DNA of 25,222 bases from Candidatus Woesearchaeota archaeon (GCA_964395155.1 CAYNAC010000001.1:1-25222), one strand, 5' to 3'; shown: positions 1-8,730, counted from the stretch's first letter. A program made the numbers and translations. Notes: generated by a model not told the origin, from the sequence alone.

Positions 1-2
1 AT

Positions 3-2813
3 TCTTTAAACTATACAAGAAACTCAACAAATTACAATGTCTCTTTATCATTAGCAATGGTAAACGCAACAGACTCACAATCAGGAAACCAAATATCTGC
101 AAACTCTTCGATAATAACAATAGTTATTCCAGCAACTATTGCAAATACAAATTTAACCTTAATAAAAAATGCGCAATTCTTAACAGAAAACAGCACATCA
201 ATAACCTATAACTTAACAGTCACAGCAGTAAACTCTGGAGGAAATGATTTAACATCAATAAATATCTCCGATGCAGATATTTCATTAAATGCTTTAATCA
301 ACTTGAATAGAACACAATATTACTTAACATCTGGATCAAAAACAATAACTAAAATTAGTACCTCTCAAACATATAATTTTCTAAAAGCAAATGCAACACA
401 ATCATCGGATTTATATGAATCAAATCAATTACAAATATTAATCCCTGCATTAGCAACTAACTCATCATTGACATTATCAAAATTAGCATCCCTACATTCT
501 CAAACAAATATAAACATAACTTATAACATAACTCTAAGTCTAGTAAATAGTGGAGGAAGTAATTCTACGAATGCAAATATAACTGATTCTGATTCTGCAA
601 GTTCTCCATATTTACTAAATAATTTAACAGCTGGACAAACAATAATAAGAAGTTATCTTTTTACATTATCTAAATCAGCATCGTCTGTTAATTATGCTTT
701 GGCAAATGCAAGTGCGTATGGAATAGATTCGATAAGTAATAATTTGATAAATGTAAATTCTTCTGAATTGATAGTTAATGTTCCAGCAATAGCTACAAAT
801 GCGTCGCTTATTCTAATCAAAACTCCTGCAGTTAAATCATTGAATGATACCACTATAGTCTACAATATAACTCTAAGTCTAGTAAATAGTGGAGGAAGTA
901 ATTCTACGAATGCAAATATAACTGATTCTGATTCTGCAAGTTCTCCATATTTACTAAATAATTTAACAGCTGGACAAACAATAATAAGAAGTTACTTACT
1001 TAACTTTTCAAGAACAAATTTAACTTCCATAATTGAATTATCTAACTTAACAGCTTATGGAATAGATTCGATAAGTAATAATTTAATCTCATCTTTTGCA
1101 AATAAAATAAATATAACAATACCAAGCAACCTAACATATATTCCATCATCTGCATCACTTAACCTTGATAAAATCGCTAGTGTGTATAACTTTACAAATG
1201 AAACTTTTATTTATAATATAACTTTAAGACTTACAAATAGGGGAGAGAGCAATTCTATAAATACAAATATAACTGATATAAATTATAATAACTCTTATTT
1301 TGAAATAGGAGATGTTTCTGCGGGATCTACAATTAGTAGAAGTTATCTGTTGAACTTTACAAGAAATTCTACTACTTATTATTCTTCTTTAAGCATTGCC
1401 CAAACATTTGGAATTGACACTTATTCAAATTATTTAATAATTGGCAACTCTTCGATAACAAACATCACCATACCTTCAAGTGAAATTGGTCAACAAATTA
1501 CACTTGTCAAGAATGCGTACTTTAACTCTGAAAATTCTACAGCTGTTAATTATACTTTATCTTTAGAAATAGTAAATTCTGGAGGTATGGATCTGAATTC
1601 AATAAATGTGATTGATACAGATTTAAATGTAAATAATAATATTAATTTGAATAGAATCCAAAACTACACATTTTCAGGAACAATTATTGTTTCTAAAGCT
1701 GCATCAAATACTGAAAAAACATTTGTAAAAGCTAGTGCTACTGTTAATTCTATTGCTTACCAATCTAATCAGATTAAAGTAAATATTCCTGGATATGGTG
1801 GTCCAGCAGACACGATTGTTTATGCTCCATCTTCCGTAAACGCTTCAACTAGTTTTGATTCAATAATTCAAATAATAAATCAAAACCCTGACATTGGTCA
1901 GAACTTCATAGTGGACTATTGGATCACAAATGAATCTGAAAATTTCAACTATACATCTGGACAACAAACAATCTATGTTGCATCTCTTGGCACAACTAAT
2001 GTTACTGCAACACTAACCTCTCCATCTGTAAATGGCACTTATCGTTTAAGAGCTCTTGTGAGTTATGTAGGAGGCCCTGATATTGCATTTGATAGTTTTG
2101 AAGTAGGTTCTTCAAATAATTCAAGTTCAGGAGGCGGAAGTAGTGGAGGTTCGGGAAGTAGTTCATCTGGAGGAGGTTCTACATCCGATGGAGGAAATAG
2201 AATAACTGGAAATGTTGTAGACAATATAATATGCAATTCCCCTTATATTAGATATGGTGATGGATGTTGTTTAGATACTAATAACAATAGTGTTTGTGAT
2301 GTAGATGAAAATTTTGAAATTAATAAAAGTCATGAAAACAAAGATATTCAACAAAGTTCAAAAAAAGAGTCTAGATTAATTAAATTTGTGGATAATTTTT
2401 TAAATAAATTTAAAAGCTTATCTCAATCTTTAGAAAATAAAATTTCTGAAGAAAAAAACTATTTAGTAATAAGTTCAATCATTTTGACCATTGTAATTAT
2501 AACGTTTATTTTGTTAAACAAAACTAGAAATTTGAAAAATAAAGAAATTAAAGGATTAAGAGATGTCAGAGGTTTAAGAGTTTACAGCGAAAATGGAAAT
2601 TATATTGGGAAAATAGATGAGATCTATATAGAACAAAAAAAATCTAAAATATATGGTTTGTTGATTAAATTAAGTGGAAAGATTTCTAAAGATTTTGGAA
2701 GTAAAAATGTCTTACTAAGATACAAACATGTAAATTCTATTAAGAATATAATTATCATTGATAAGGCTAGCTCTCAGCATTTAGAAAATAATAAGTATTC
2801 TGATGAAATTTAA
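3..2813 (+). CDS. Large surface glycoprotein/adhesin, 5'-truncated by the window: DUF11-like Ig repeats, Ser/Gly linker, Cys/Ca-binding motif, C-terminal TM helix, cytoplasmic PRC-barrel
   Basis: The frame is open from nt 3 (SLNYTRNSTNYNVSLSLA precedes the listed Met at 57), so the true start lies upstream. It has five ~113-aa repeats (LxLxK...YNxTLxxxNSGG...ITD), many N-x-S/T sequons, a TM helix (YLVISSIILTIVIITFILL) and a PRC-barrel-like tail (GLRVYSENGNYIGKIDEIYIE...IIII). Confidence 0.8.
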   Translation, partial: SLNYTRNSTNYNVSLSLAMVNATDSQSGNQISANSSIITIVIPATIANTNLTLIKNAQFLTENSTSITYNLTVTAVNSGGNDLTSINISDADISLNALINLNRTQYYLTSGSKTITKISTSQTYNFLKANATQSSDLYESNQLQILIPALATNSSLTLSKLASLHSQTNINITYNITLSLVNSGGSNSTNANITDSDSASSPYLLNNLTAGQTIIRSYLFTLSKSASSVNYALANASAYGIDSISNNLINVNSSELIVNVPAIATNASLILIKTPAVKSLNDTTIVYNITLSLVNSGGSNSTNANITDSDSASSPYLLNNLTAGQTIIRSYLLNFSRTNLTSIIELSNLTAYGIDSISNNLISSFANKINITIPSNLTYIPSSASLNLDKIASVYNFTNETFIYNITLRLTNRGESNSINTNITDINYNNSYFEIGDVSAGSTISRSYLLNFTRNSTTYYSSLSIAQTFGIDTYSNYLIIGNSSITNITIPSSEIGQQITLVKNAYFNSENSTAVNYTLSLEIVNSGGMDLNSINVIDTDLNVNNNINLNRIQNYTFSGTIIVSKAASNTEKTFVKASATVNSIAYQSNQIKVNIPGYGGPADTIVYAPSSVNASTSFDSIIQIINQNPDIGQNFIVDYWITNESENFNYTSGQQTIYVASLGTTNVTATLTSPSVNGTYRLRALVSYVGGPDIAFDSFEVGSSNNSSSGGGSSGGSGSSSSGGGSTSDGGNRITGNVVDNIICNSPYIRYGDGCCLDTNNNSVCDVDENFEINKSHENKDIQQSSKKESRLIKFVDNFLNKFKSLSQSLENKISEEKNYLVISSIILTIVIITFILLNKTRNLKNKEIKGLRDVRGLRVYSENGNYIGKIDEIYIEQKKSKIYGLLIKLSGKISKDFGSKNVLLRYKHVNSIKNIIIIDKASSQHLENNKYSDEI
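528..994 (+). repeat. 128-bp perfect direct repeat (528-655 = 867-994) inside the adhesin; a second identical 29-bp patch at 717-745 = 1056-1084
   Basis: Direct base-by-base comparison; both patches have offset 339 bp (113 codons). Confidence 0.95.
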
Positions 2814-2833
2814 AATTGTAATTTTTAGGAATA

Positions 2834-2841
2834 TTTATAAA
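2834..2841 (+). promoter_or_regulatory. Archaeal TATA box (TTTATAAA) for the 2864 gene
   Basis: Lies 22 nt before the ATG at 2864, the same spacing as most other first-in-operon genes here. Confidence 0.6.
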
Positions 2842-2863
2842 CATTGATTAGTTTTTGTTATAG

Positions 2864-3205
2864 ATGAAAGAGGTAAGCGATAAATCTCATAAAGACAATA
2901 GTTGTGGAGTTGTTGCCGTAGTTTTTGGAATATTATCTTTAATATTTATTTTGATTCCATTCATTGGTCTGACCATGGGAATTATAGGAGTTATATTTGC
3001 ATATAAACAGAAAAAGATAATGTTCAATAAGTGGTCTAAGGCAGCTTTGTGGATGTGTTGGATAGGCGTTGTTATTGGAGCGGTATGGTCTGTTTATTAT
3101 GTTAAATTGATGATTAGTGTTGCACAGCAATACTCTCAGTTGGCCCAATTACAAGGAGCTGGTGCTGCTGGAGGAATTGATTTAGCTCAATATGGTGCGA
3201 ATTAA
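2864..3205 (+). CDS. DUF4190-like small membrane protein (2-3 TM)
   Basis: Pattern GVVAVVFGILSLIF...IGLTMGIIGVIFAYKQKK...SKAALWMCWIGVVIG resembles DUF4190. Confidence 0.6.
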   Translation: MKEVSDKSHKDNSCGVVAVVFGILSLIFILIPFIGLTMGIIGVIFAYKQKKIMFNKWSKAALWMCWIGVVIGAVWSVYYVKLMISVAQQYSQLAQLQGAGAAGGIDLAQYGAN

Positions 3206-3785
3206 TAGAGATGGGGCGCTGGAACTTTCTATAGGAACTATTGTTGTAATTGTTATTGGTATGAGTATGTTAATTTTGGGACTCGTTTTGGTTAGAACAA
3301 TATTTACTGGTTCAGTTAGTAGTGTAGATACAATAAACGAACAGGTACAAAATGAAATACAAAATTTATTTGGAGATAGTGCTGGAAATTTAGTTATAAA
3401 ATTAGGTTCTGCGAATAAGGCAAAAGTTAAACCTGGAAGTGACCCATTTGGAGTTGCTATAGGGGCTCAGCATCCTGATGGTGCCGCAATAACGAGAGAC
3501 ACTCTAGAATATAAAATAACTTTAGCAGATGATAGTGACAATAACTGTGTTAGAATTTTAGGTAAACAGAGAGCTGAGGATTTATTTATTACAAGAGTTA
3601 ATACATGGAACAAGTTCGACAAGTTTTCCGGGTCAAATGCTTTCGCGTTGATAGAAATAGAGATTCCAAAAGGAACTTCTAAATGTACTCAAAAAGTTAA
3701 TGTAGATATGAAATTGAAAGATGTTGCTGAGTCTAGTGATGGCGATGCGTTTATTTTAGAAGTATCAAGAGAAGGGATAATTTAG
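3192..3785 (+). CDS. Pilin-like protein with class III-type signal peptide
   Basis: N-terminus NRDG|ALELSIGTIVVIVIGMSMLILGLVLV: short charged leader, Gly cleavage site, hydrophobic helix, then a soluble domain with a Cys pair. The -2 residue (D) is atypical. Confidence 0.65.
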   Translation: MVRINRDGALELSIGTIVVIVIGMSMLILGLVLVRTIFTGSVSSVDTINEQVQNEIQNLFGDSAGNLVIKLGSANKAKVKPGSDPFGVAIGAQHPDGAAITRDTLEYKITLADDSDNNCVRILGKQRAEDLFITRVNTWNKFDKFSGSNAFALIEIEIPKGTSKCTQKVNVDMKLKDVAESSDGDAFILEVSREGII

Positions 3786-3828
3786 ATTTAAACATAATCA
3801 TTTTTTAAGTTCAAAGATAAGCAAAACG

Positions 3829-3836
3829 CATATAAA
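3829..3836 (+). promoter_or_regulatory. TATA-like box (CATATAAA) for lysS
   Basis: Lies 21 nt upstream of ATG 3858, which supports that start over TTG 3852. Confidence 0.5.
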
Positions 3837-3857
3837 TCATAATTATCTTACTTGAGT

Positions 3858-5363
3858 ATGGGAAGAGAAGAATTAATAGTTGGAGAACGTTTAAAGAAAC
3901 TAAACTTATTAAAGAATGAAGGGATAAACCCTTACCCTCAAATTTTTGAGGTTGAAGACTACTCTGAAGATATTCAATTAAAACATAAGTCTTTGAAATC
4001 AGGACTGAAATCTAAAAATAAAGTAAAAATGGCTGGTAGGTTAATGAGCATAAGAGATTTCGGGAAAATAACTTTTGGAGTTTTAAGAGATAGAAAGGGG
4101 TCGATACAAATAACCCTACAGACCGGAGAAACTCCTGAAAAGATAAAAGATTTTTTTAAGAAATACATTGACTCTGGAGATATAATAGGAGTTGAAGGGA
4201 CAATATGGAGAACTGAAAGAGGAGAGTTGTCAGTTGTTGTTAGGAACTTAACTTTGTTAACAAAGTCATTACTTCCTCTTCCGGAAAAATGGCATGGGCT
4301 ACAAGATAAAGAAGAGCGTTATCGTAAAAGATATATAGATTTGATAATGAATCAAGATGTAAAAAAAGTTTTTTTGACCAGGGAGAAAATAGTTTCTGCA
4401 ATAAGAGATTTATTGAGAAAAAAGGAATTTGTAGAAGTTGAGACTCCTACGCTCCAATCAATGTATGGTGGAGCTTCTGCATCTCCGTTTATAACTCACT
4501 TGAATGCCTTAGATATTAACTTATACTTATCAATTTCTCCAGAACTTTATCTAAAACGTTTAGTTGTTGGTGGAATTGATAGAGTGTTTACTATTTGTAA
4601 AAATTTCAGAAATGAAGGAATAGATCATCAACACAATCCAGAATTTACAATGATGGAATATTATTGTGCCTATAAAGATTATAATTATCACATGGATTTT
4701 ACAGAGGAGTTGTTTAATAAAATTAAAAAAGAATTAAATTTATCAGATAGCATAGAATATAGAGGAAACAAGATATCTTTAAAGACTCCTTTCAAGAGAA
4801 TAACTTTTAGAGATTTATTGATAAAAGAAACTGGGATAGATATTAATAAAGCAAATAATTTTAACTTGCTTAAAAAAGCAATACAAGATAAGAAGATACA
4901 TGATATAAATGTCTCTGAATGTCACCACTATGGTTCATTACTGGATGAATTGTATAAAAGAATTGCTCGACCTAGATTAATACAACCAACATTTTTAACT
5001 CATTACCCTGTTGAAATGATTGCCCTTGCAAAAAGAAATGATGAAGATAATACTAAAATAAATTCTGTTCAACTGATTATCGATGGTGCGGAAATAATTA
5101 AAGCATACGATGAATTAAATGACCCTATAGATCAAGAAAAAAGATTAATTGAACAGCAGAAATTTTTAGCTGAGGGAGATGAATCTGCAATGCCCCTAGA
5201 TGAAGATTTTATCACTTCTTTAAAATATGGTATGCCCCCAACTGCTGGATTTGGGATGGGAATAGATAGGTTAGCTATGATTTTAACCGGGCAAGAATCT
5301 CTCAGAGATGTTATTTTATTTCCTTTTATGAAACCTGAAAATAAAGGAGAAGATAAAAAATGA
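3858..5363 (+). CDS. lysS: Lysyl-tRNA synthetase, class II
   Basis: OB-fold anticodon domain (AGRLMSIRDFGKITF...GDIIGVEG), ERYRKRYIDL, motif 2 FRNEGIDHQHNPEFTMME, motif 3 YGMPPTAGFGMGIDRL. Confidence 0.97.
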   Translation: MGREELIVGERLKKLNLLKNEGINPYPQIFEVEDYSEDIQLKHKSLKSGLKSKNKVKMAGRLMSIRDFGKITFGVLRDRKGSIQITLQTGETPEKIKDFFKKYIDSGDIIGVEGTIWRTERGELSVVVRNLTLLTKSLLPLPEKWHGLQDKEERYRKRYIDLIMNQDVKKVFLTREKIVSAIRDLLRKKEFVEVETPTLQSMYGGASASPFITHLNALDINLYLSISPELYLKRLVVGGIDRVFTICKNFRNEGIDHQHNPEFTMMEYYCAYKDYNYHMDFTEELFNKIKKELNLSDSIEYRGNKISLKTPFKRITFRDLLIKETGIDINKANNFNLLKKAIQDKKIHDINVSECHHYGSLLDELYKRIARPRLIQPTFLTHYPVEMIALAKRNDEDNTKINSVQLIIDGAEIIKAYDELNDPIDQEKRLIEQQKFLAEGDESAMPLDEDFITSLKYGMPPTAGFGMGIDRLAMILTGQESLRDVILFPFMKPENKGEDKK

Positions 5364-5569
5364 TAGAAGATGATTCAAAAGATAAGGATAATATAAATTC
5401 AGATTTAGAAATTATAATAAAAAGTAAAATCAAATCTGCAGTTCCTGAACTTAGCGTTGCAGGAGAAGTTTGCGAAGCGTTGAACAAGAAAGTTCTTGAG
5501 ATACTTAATGAAGCATCTAAACGTGCAAAGGCAAACGGCAGAAGAACACTACAAGCAAGAGATTTGTAA
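5360..5569 (+). CDS. Short histone-fold protein (alpha3-truncated type, ending RRTLQARDL) with acidic N-terminal extension
   Basis: IIIKSKIK...VAGEVCEALNKKVLEILNEASKRAKANGRRTLQARDL carries the histone-fold R-x-T-x-x-x-x-D signature. ATGA overlap with lysS and an AAGGAG SD upstream. Confidence 0.85.
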   Translation: MIEDDSKDKDNINSDLEIIIKSKIKSAVPELSVAGEVCEALNKKVLEILNEASKRAKANGRRTLQARDL

Positions 5570-5665
5570 TAAATGAATATAAATCACATTCTAAAAATAT
5601 AACTTTGCGAAAAATAATTATCTCAAAAAAGAAAAATATTTTATAAATTTTAGACTGATAAAGTC

Positions 5666-5673
5666 TTTAAATG
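5666..5673 (+). promoter_or_regulatory. TATA box for the pilin-like operon
   Basis: TTTAAATG 19 nt upstream of ATG 5693. Confidence 0.45.
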
Positions 5674-5692
5674 TATTAAACAAAGATATATT

Positions 5693-6196
5693 ATGAAAAG
5701 AGGAAGCATAGAAATATCATTTGGGATGATTTTCTCAATAATTATTATAATTGCACTTATAGGCGTTGCTGTATATGCAATAACTTCATTTTTAGATTTT
5801 AGTGAATCTGCACAAGTAGGTTTATTTTATGAAGATTTTCAAAAAAATATTGATAGCGTGTGGAGTTCTGCAACAACAAATAGAGTAGTGAGTTTTTCAA
5901 TACCTAATTCAATAAATTTTGTTTGTTTTGGGTCTATATTAAACAATGTTGATTCTGGAAATTATAATCTTCAACTAAAAAAATTGAGGGAAGAATCAAG
6001 TAGATTTGAACAAGAAAACTCAAATGTTTTTTTATATCCCCTTAGTAGCGCGAAAGACTTGGCTTTTAAAAAAATAAATAAAATAGATACTTCCGGACTT
6101 GGTTCATTTAGTTGCTTTGAAGTAAAATCTGGTAAATTAAATATTAGATTATCTAAAGGAGAGTTTGAATCTTTAGTAAAGATTCAAAGAGAGTAA
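5693..6196 (+). CDS. Pilin-like protein, class III signal peptide
   Basis: MKRG|SIEISFGMIFSIIIIIALIGVAVYAI. Confidence 0.75.
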   Translation: MKRGSIEISFGMIFSIIIIIALIGVAVYAITSFLDFSESAQVGLFYEDFQKNIDSVWSSATTNRVVSFSIPNSINFVCFGSILNNVDSGNYNLQLKKLREESSRFEQENSNVFLYPLSSAKDLAFKKINKIDTSGLGSFSCFEVKSGKLNIRLSKGEFESLVKIQRE

Positions 6197-6603
6197 TGAA
6201 AAAGCAAATTTTATTTGTTTGTAAACATAATAGGTTTAGAAGTAAAACTGCCGAGGCTTTTTTTAATAAGTTGAATAAAAATAAGAATTACGCTTGCTTT
6301 AGTGCTGGATTGTTTCCAGGAGAATATCCACTTGATAAAATTCAATCAGAAGTAGCTATTAAGTTTGGAATTAAAATTAGCGGAAAACCTAGATCAATTA
6401 CAACCAAGATACTTAGAAATACTGATATAATAATCATTGTTGCCGATGACGTTCCTGAAGTTTTGTTTAAATATAGGTTATATAAAGGAAAAATAATAGT
6501 TTGGAAAATTAATGATGTTGTCTTACACACTCCTGAAGAAATTAAAGAAATAATTTCTCAAATAGAAAAAAAAGTTATAGAATTTATAGGAGATTTAAAA
6601 TGA
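6196..6603 (+). CDS. Low-molecular-weight protein-tyrosine phosphatase/arsenate-reductase (LMWPc) family protein
   Basis: N-terminal P-loop ILFVCKHNRFRS (C-x5-R-S), followed by SAG, D-I-I-I-I-V and W-x-I-x-D motifs. It lacks the second P-loop Cys. Confidence 0.85.
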   Translation: MKKQILFVCKHNRFRSKTAEAFFNKLNKNKNYACFSAGLFPGEYPLDKIQSEVAIKFGIKISGKPRSITTKILRNTDIIIIVADDVPEVLFKYRLYKGKIIVWKINDVVLHTPEEIKEIISQIEKKVIEFIGDLK

Positions 6604-7550
6604 ATAGAAATGGAGTAGATTTTACTTTTAGTTGGATATTTGCAATTATGGCTGGAGCAGTAATAATTGTTTCTGCAATTTATATCTCTTCTCAGCTAAT
6701 AAATTCTGGAAAAAAACAATCTGACACTTTGGTTGCAGGAGAGCTTGCAAACTTGTTTAACCCTCTTGAGACTAATCTGGAAGATAATAAATATTCAGTA
6801 ATAGAATTTTCACAAGAGACCAGAGTTTATAATGAGTGTTCATTGGATGGTTTTTTTGGCATTCAAAAAATAAGCACATCTTCAAAATCTTCTAAAGGGG
6901 AATGGAGCGAACAAAGTATAAAAAAATCTGTTCAAAATAAATATTTGTTTTCTAGAAATAGAGAAGAAAGTAGTAATAAAAGACTTCATGTTTTAGTTAA
7001 TCCTATAGATTACCCTTTTAAAATTGGAGATGCTATAATGGTATATTCTGGAAATTATTGTTTTGTTAACCCTCCTTCTGATATTGAAGATTTGTTAAAT
7101 GACTTATCGATCGATGGAGAAAAAGACATAGGAATAAATCTTACAAGCAATGTTAATCAATGTCCTTTGAACTATACCAAAGTTTGTTTTAATAGAATAG
7201 GTTGTGATATAAATGTAGATACAAATTCAGAAAGTGTCACTAAATCATCTAAAACATCTTATTATGATGGAGATTCTTTAATGCTTGCAGCAATATTGTC
7301 AGATAATGAAATATATGAATGTCAAATAAAGAGATTAATGAAAAGAGCAAGAGAACTTGGAATAATTTACAATAAGAAATCTATTTTTATTGAAGGAAGT
7401 GGTTGTAGTAATAACTTGGCTAGCGATTTACAAAATTTTGTCGAATATACTAATCTAAATAATTCGAGAGACTTTGCCAGGTTAGTAGTTCCTCTTGCAA
7501 AGGATTTAGAAAGGAGGAATAGTGAACTCGCTTCGTGTAAGGTATTCTAA
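6600..7550 (+). CDS. Pilin-like/minor pilin protein, class III-type signal, Cys-rich C-terminal domain
   Basis: MNRNG|VDFTFSWIFAIMAGAVIIVSAIYI; multiple Cys; ATGA overlap with the phosphatase; GGAGA SD. Confidence 0.65.
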   Translation: MNRNGVDFTFSWIFAIMAGAVIIVSAIYISSQLINSGKKQSDTLVAGELANLFNPLETNLEDNKYSVIEFSQETRVYNECSLDGFFGIQKISTSSKSSKGEWSEQSIKKSVQNKYLFSRNREESSNKRLHVLVNPIDYPFKIGDAIMVYSGNYCFVNPPSDIEDLLNDLSIDGEKDIGINLTSNVNQCPLNYTKVCFNRIGCDINVDTNSESVTKSSKTSYYDGDSLMLAAILSDNEIYECQIKRLMKRARELGIIYNKKSIFIEGSGCSNNLASDLQNFVEYTNLNNSRDFARLVVPLAKDLERRNSELASCKVF

Positions 7551-8040
7551 AGGACAATTTAAAATTCAACAGATGGTCTTTATTTTAGTAGCAATTTTAA
7601 TTTTATTTGGAATAGTTTCTGTTTTTTTTGTGTCTATAAGATTTAGTTCTCTAAAGGGAGAAGTTGAAGATTTAAAAAAAGAGGCGGTCTTTACCCAAGT
7701 TAGAAAAATAGCAGGAACTCCGGAATTTATTTGGATTAAATCAGATGATTGTAGTTCATGTGTAGACATGGACAAAATATTGCTTCTCAAAGATAGAAGT
7801 TCATACAAAGATTTTTGGAATGATGTCTCTTTACTTAAGATTAGTAGAGTTTATCCATTGTATGATTCGAAAGAGTGCAATTCGGCAAATTATCCAGAAT
7901 GTAATAGTATAACTTTGGTAAATGGAGGAGAATTTGAAGCTTACGAATCATTTGTTTCTCTATGTAGATTTGACGATGAGATTAAACAAACTAAATGTGA
8001 GATGGGAAAAATAATAATGGGTTTTGAAGGAGTAAAATGA
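7522..8040 (+). CDS. Pilin-like protein, class III signal peptide (GTG start)
   Basis: SKG|QFKIQQMVFILVAILILFGIVSVFF; strong SD AGGAGG at 7512-7517 just before GTG 7522; six Cys. Confidence 0.7.
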   Translation: MNSLRVRYSKGQFKIQQMVFILVAILILFGIVSVFFVSIRFSSLKGEVEDLKKEAVFTQVRKIAGTPEFIWIKSDDCSSCVDMDKILLLKDRSSYKDFWNDVSLLKISRVYPLYDSKECNSANYPECNSITLVNGGEFEAYESFVSLCRFDDEIKQTKCEMGKIIMGFEGVK

Positions 8041-8543
8041 GTAGAAAAAAAGGACAAGAAGAAATAGTAGGTTTTGTTTTAATTGTAGTAATAATTGCAA
8101 TTGTTTTTGTTATTTTTTTGGGAATAAAATTACGTAGTTCTGAACCAGTTCAAAAAGAAAGCGAAATAATATATCAGTTTGTTGAAAGTTCTATGAGGCA
8201 AACGACAGAGTGTGTGGTTAGACAAAATGGAAGAAATGTAGTACTTAATGAACTCATAAGAGAATGTTATTCTTATGATAACTCTTGTCTAAATGGTGTT
8301 AGTTCTTGTGACGTTGCTAAAAATACAATTATAAATATAATAAATTCTACGTGGAAAGTTGGATCTGAGGAATATTATAAAGGATATGTTGTTGATGTTT
8401 TTTATAGTCAAAATGTATCTCTTGAAAAAAAAGAGATATTCTTAATATCTGAAGGAAATTGTAGCGACTCTTATATTGCAAATTCGTATTTTATCCCTTC
8501 TTTTCCAGGCAGAATTGTCATGGAATTAAAAGTATGTAATTGA
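8037..8543 (+). CDS. Pilin-like protein, class III signal peptide
   Basis: RKKG|QEEIVGFVLIVVIIAIVFVIFLGI; ATGA overlap with the previous gene; GGAG SD. Confidence 0.75.
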   Translation: MSRKKGQEEIVGFVLIVVIIAIVFVIFLGIKLRSSEPVQKESEIIYQFVESSMRQTTECVVRQNGRNVVLNELIRECYSYDNSCLNGVSSCDVAKNTIINIINSTWKVGSEEYYKGYVVDVFYSQNVSLEKKEIFLISEGNCSDSYIANSYFIPSFPGRIVMELKVCN

Positions 8544-8701
8544 ATAAGGACTTATTAATATTCTGAAAATAATTTGTAAGGTTAACAGATAGATGAATTT
8601 GACTGAAAAAAGGTTTATGCTAGAGATCTTAATATTTATTTAAAAAGGTAATGCGTTTGACCCTATTTTGTGTTTAGTTCAAAGCAGACCTAAAAGTAAG
8701 T

Positions 8702-8709
8702 TTTATAAA
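8702..8709 (+). promoter_or_regulatory. TATA box (TTTATAAA) for rps19e
   Basis: Lies 21 nt before ATG 8731, which supports that start rather than TTG 8668. Confidence 0.6.
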
Positions 8710-8730
8710 GCGTCTTTTTTAGTAGTCTCT

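Noticed and set aside
528-1084. DGR or CRISPR interpretation of the adhesin repeats
   Set aside because: The repeats are in-frame protein domain repeats, with no A-specific mismatches and no repeat-spacer periodicity.
8646-8691. Possible structured RNA or hairpin upstream of rps19e
   Set aside because: Only about 12 interrupted base pairs, upstream of the predicted TSS, with no tRNA or known ncRNA features.
8668-8730. N-terminal extension of S19e (TTG start)
   Set aside because: The TATA box lies inside it, 21 nt before ATG 8731, and homology starts there.
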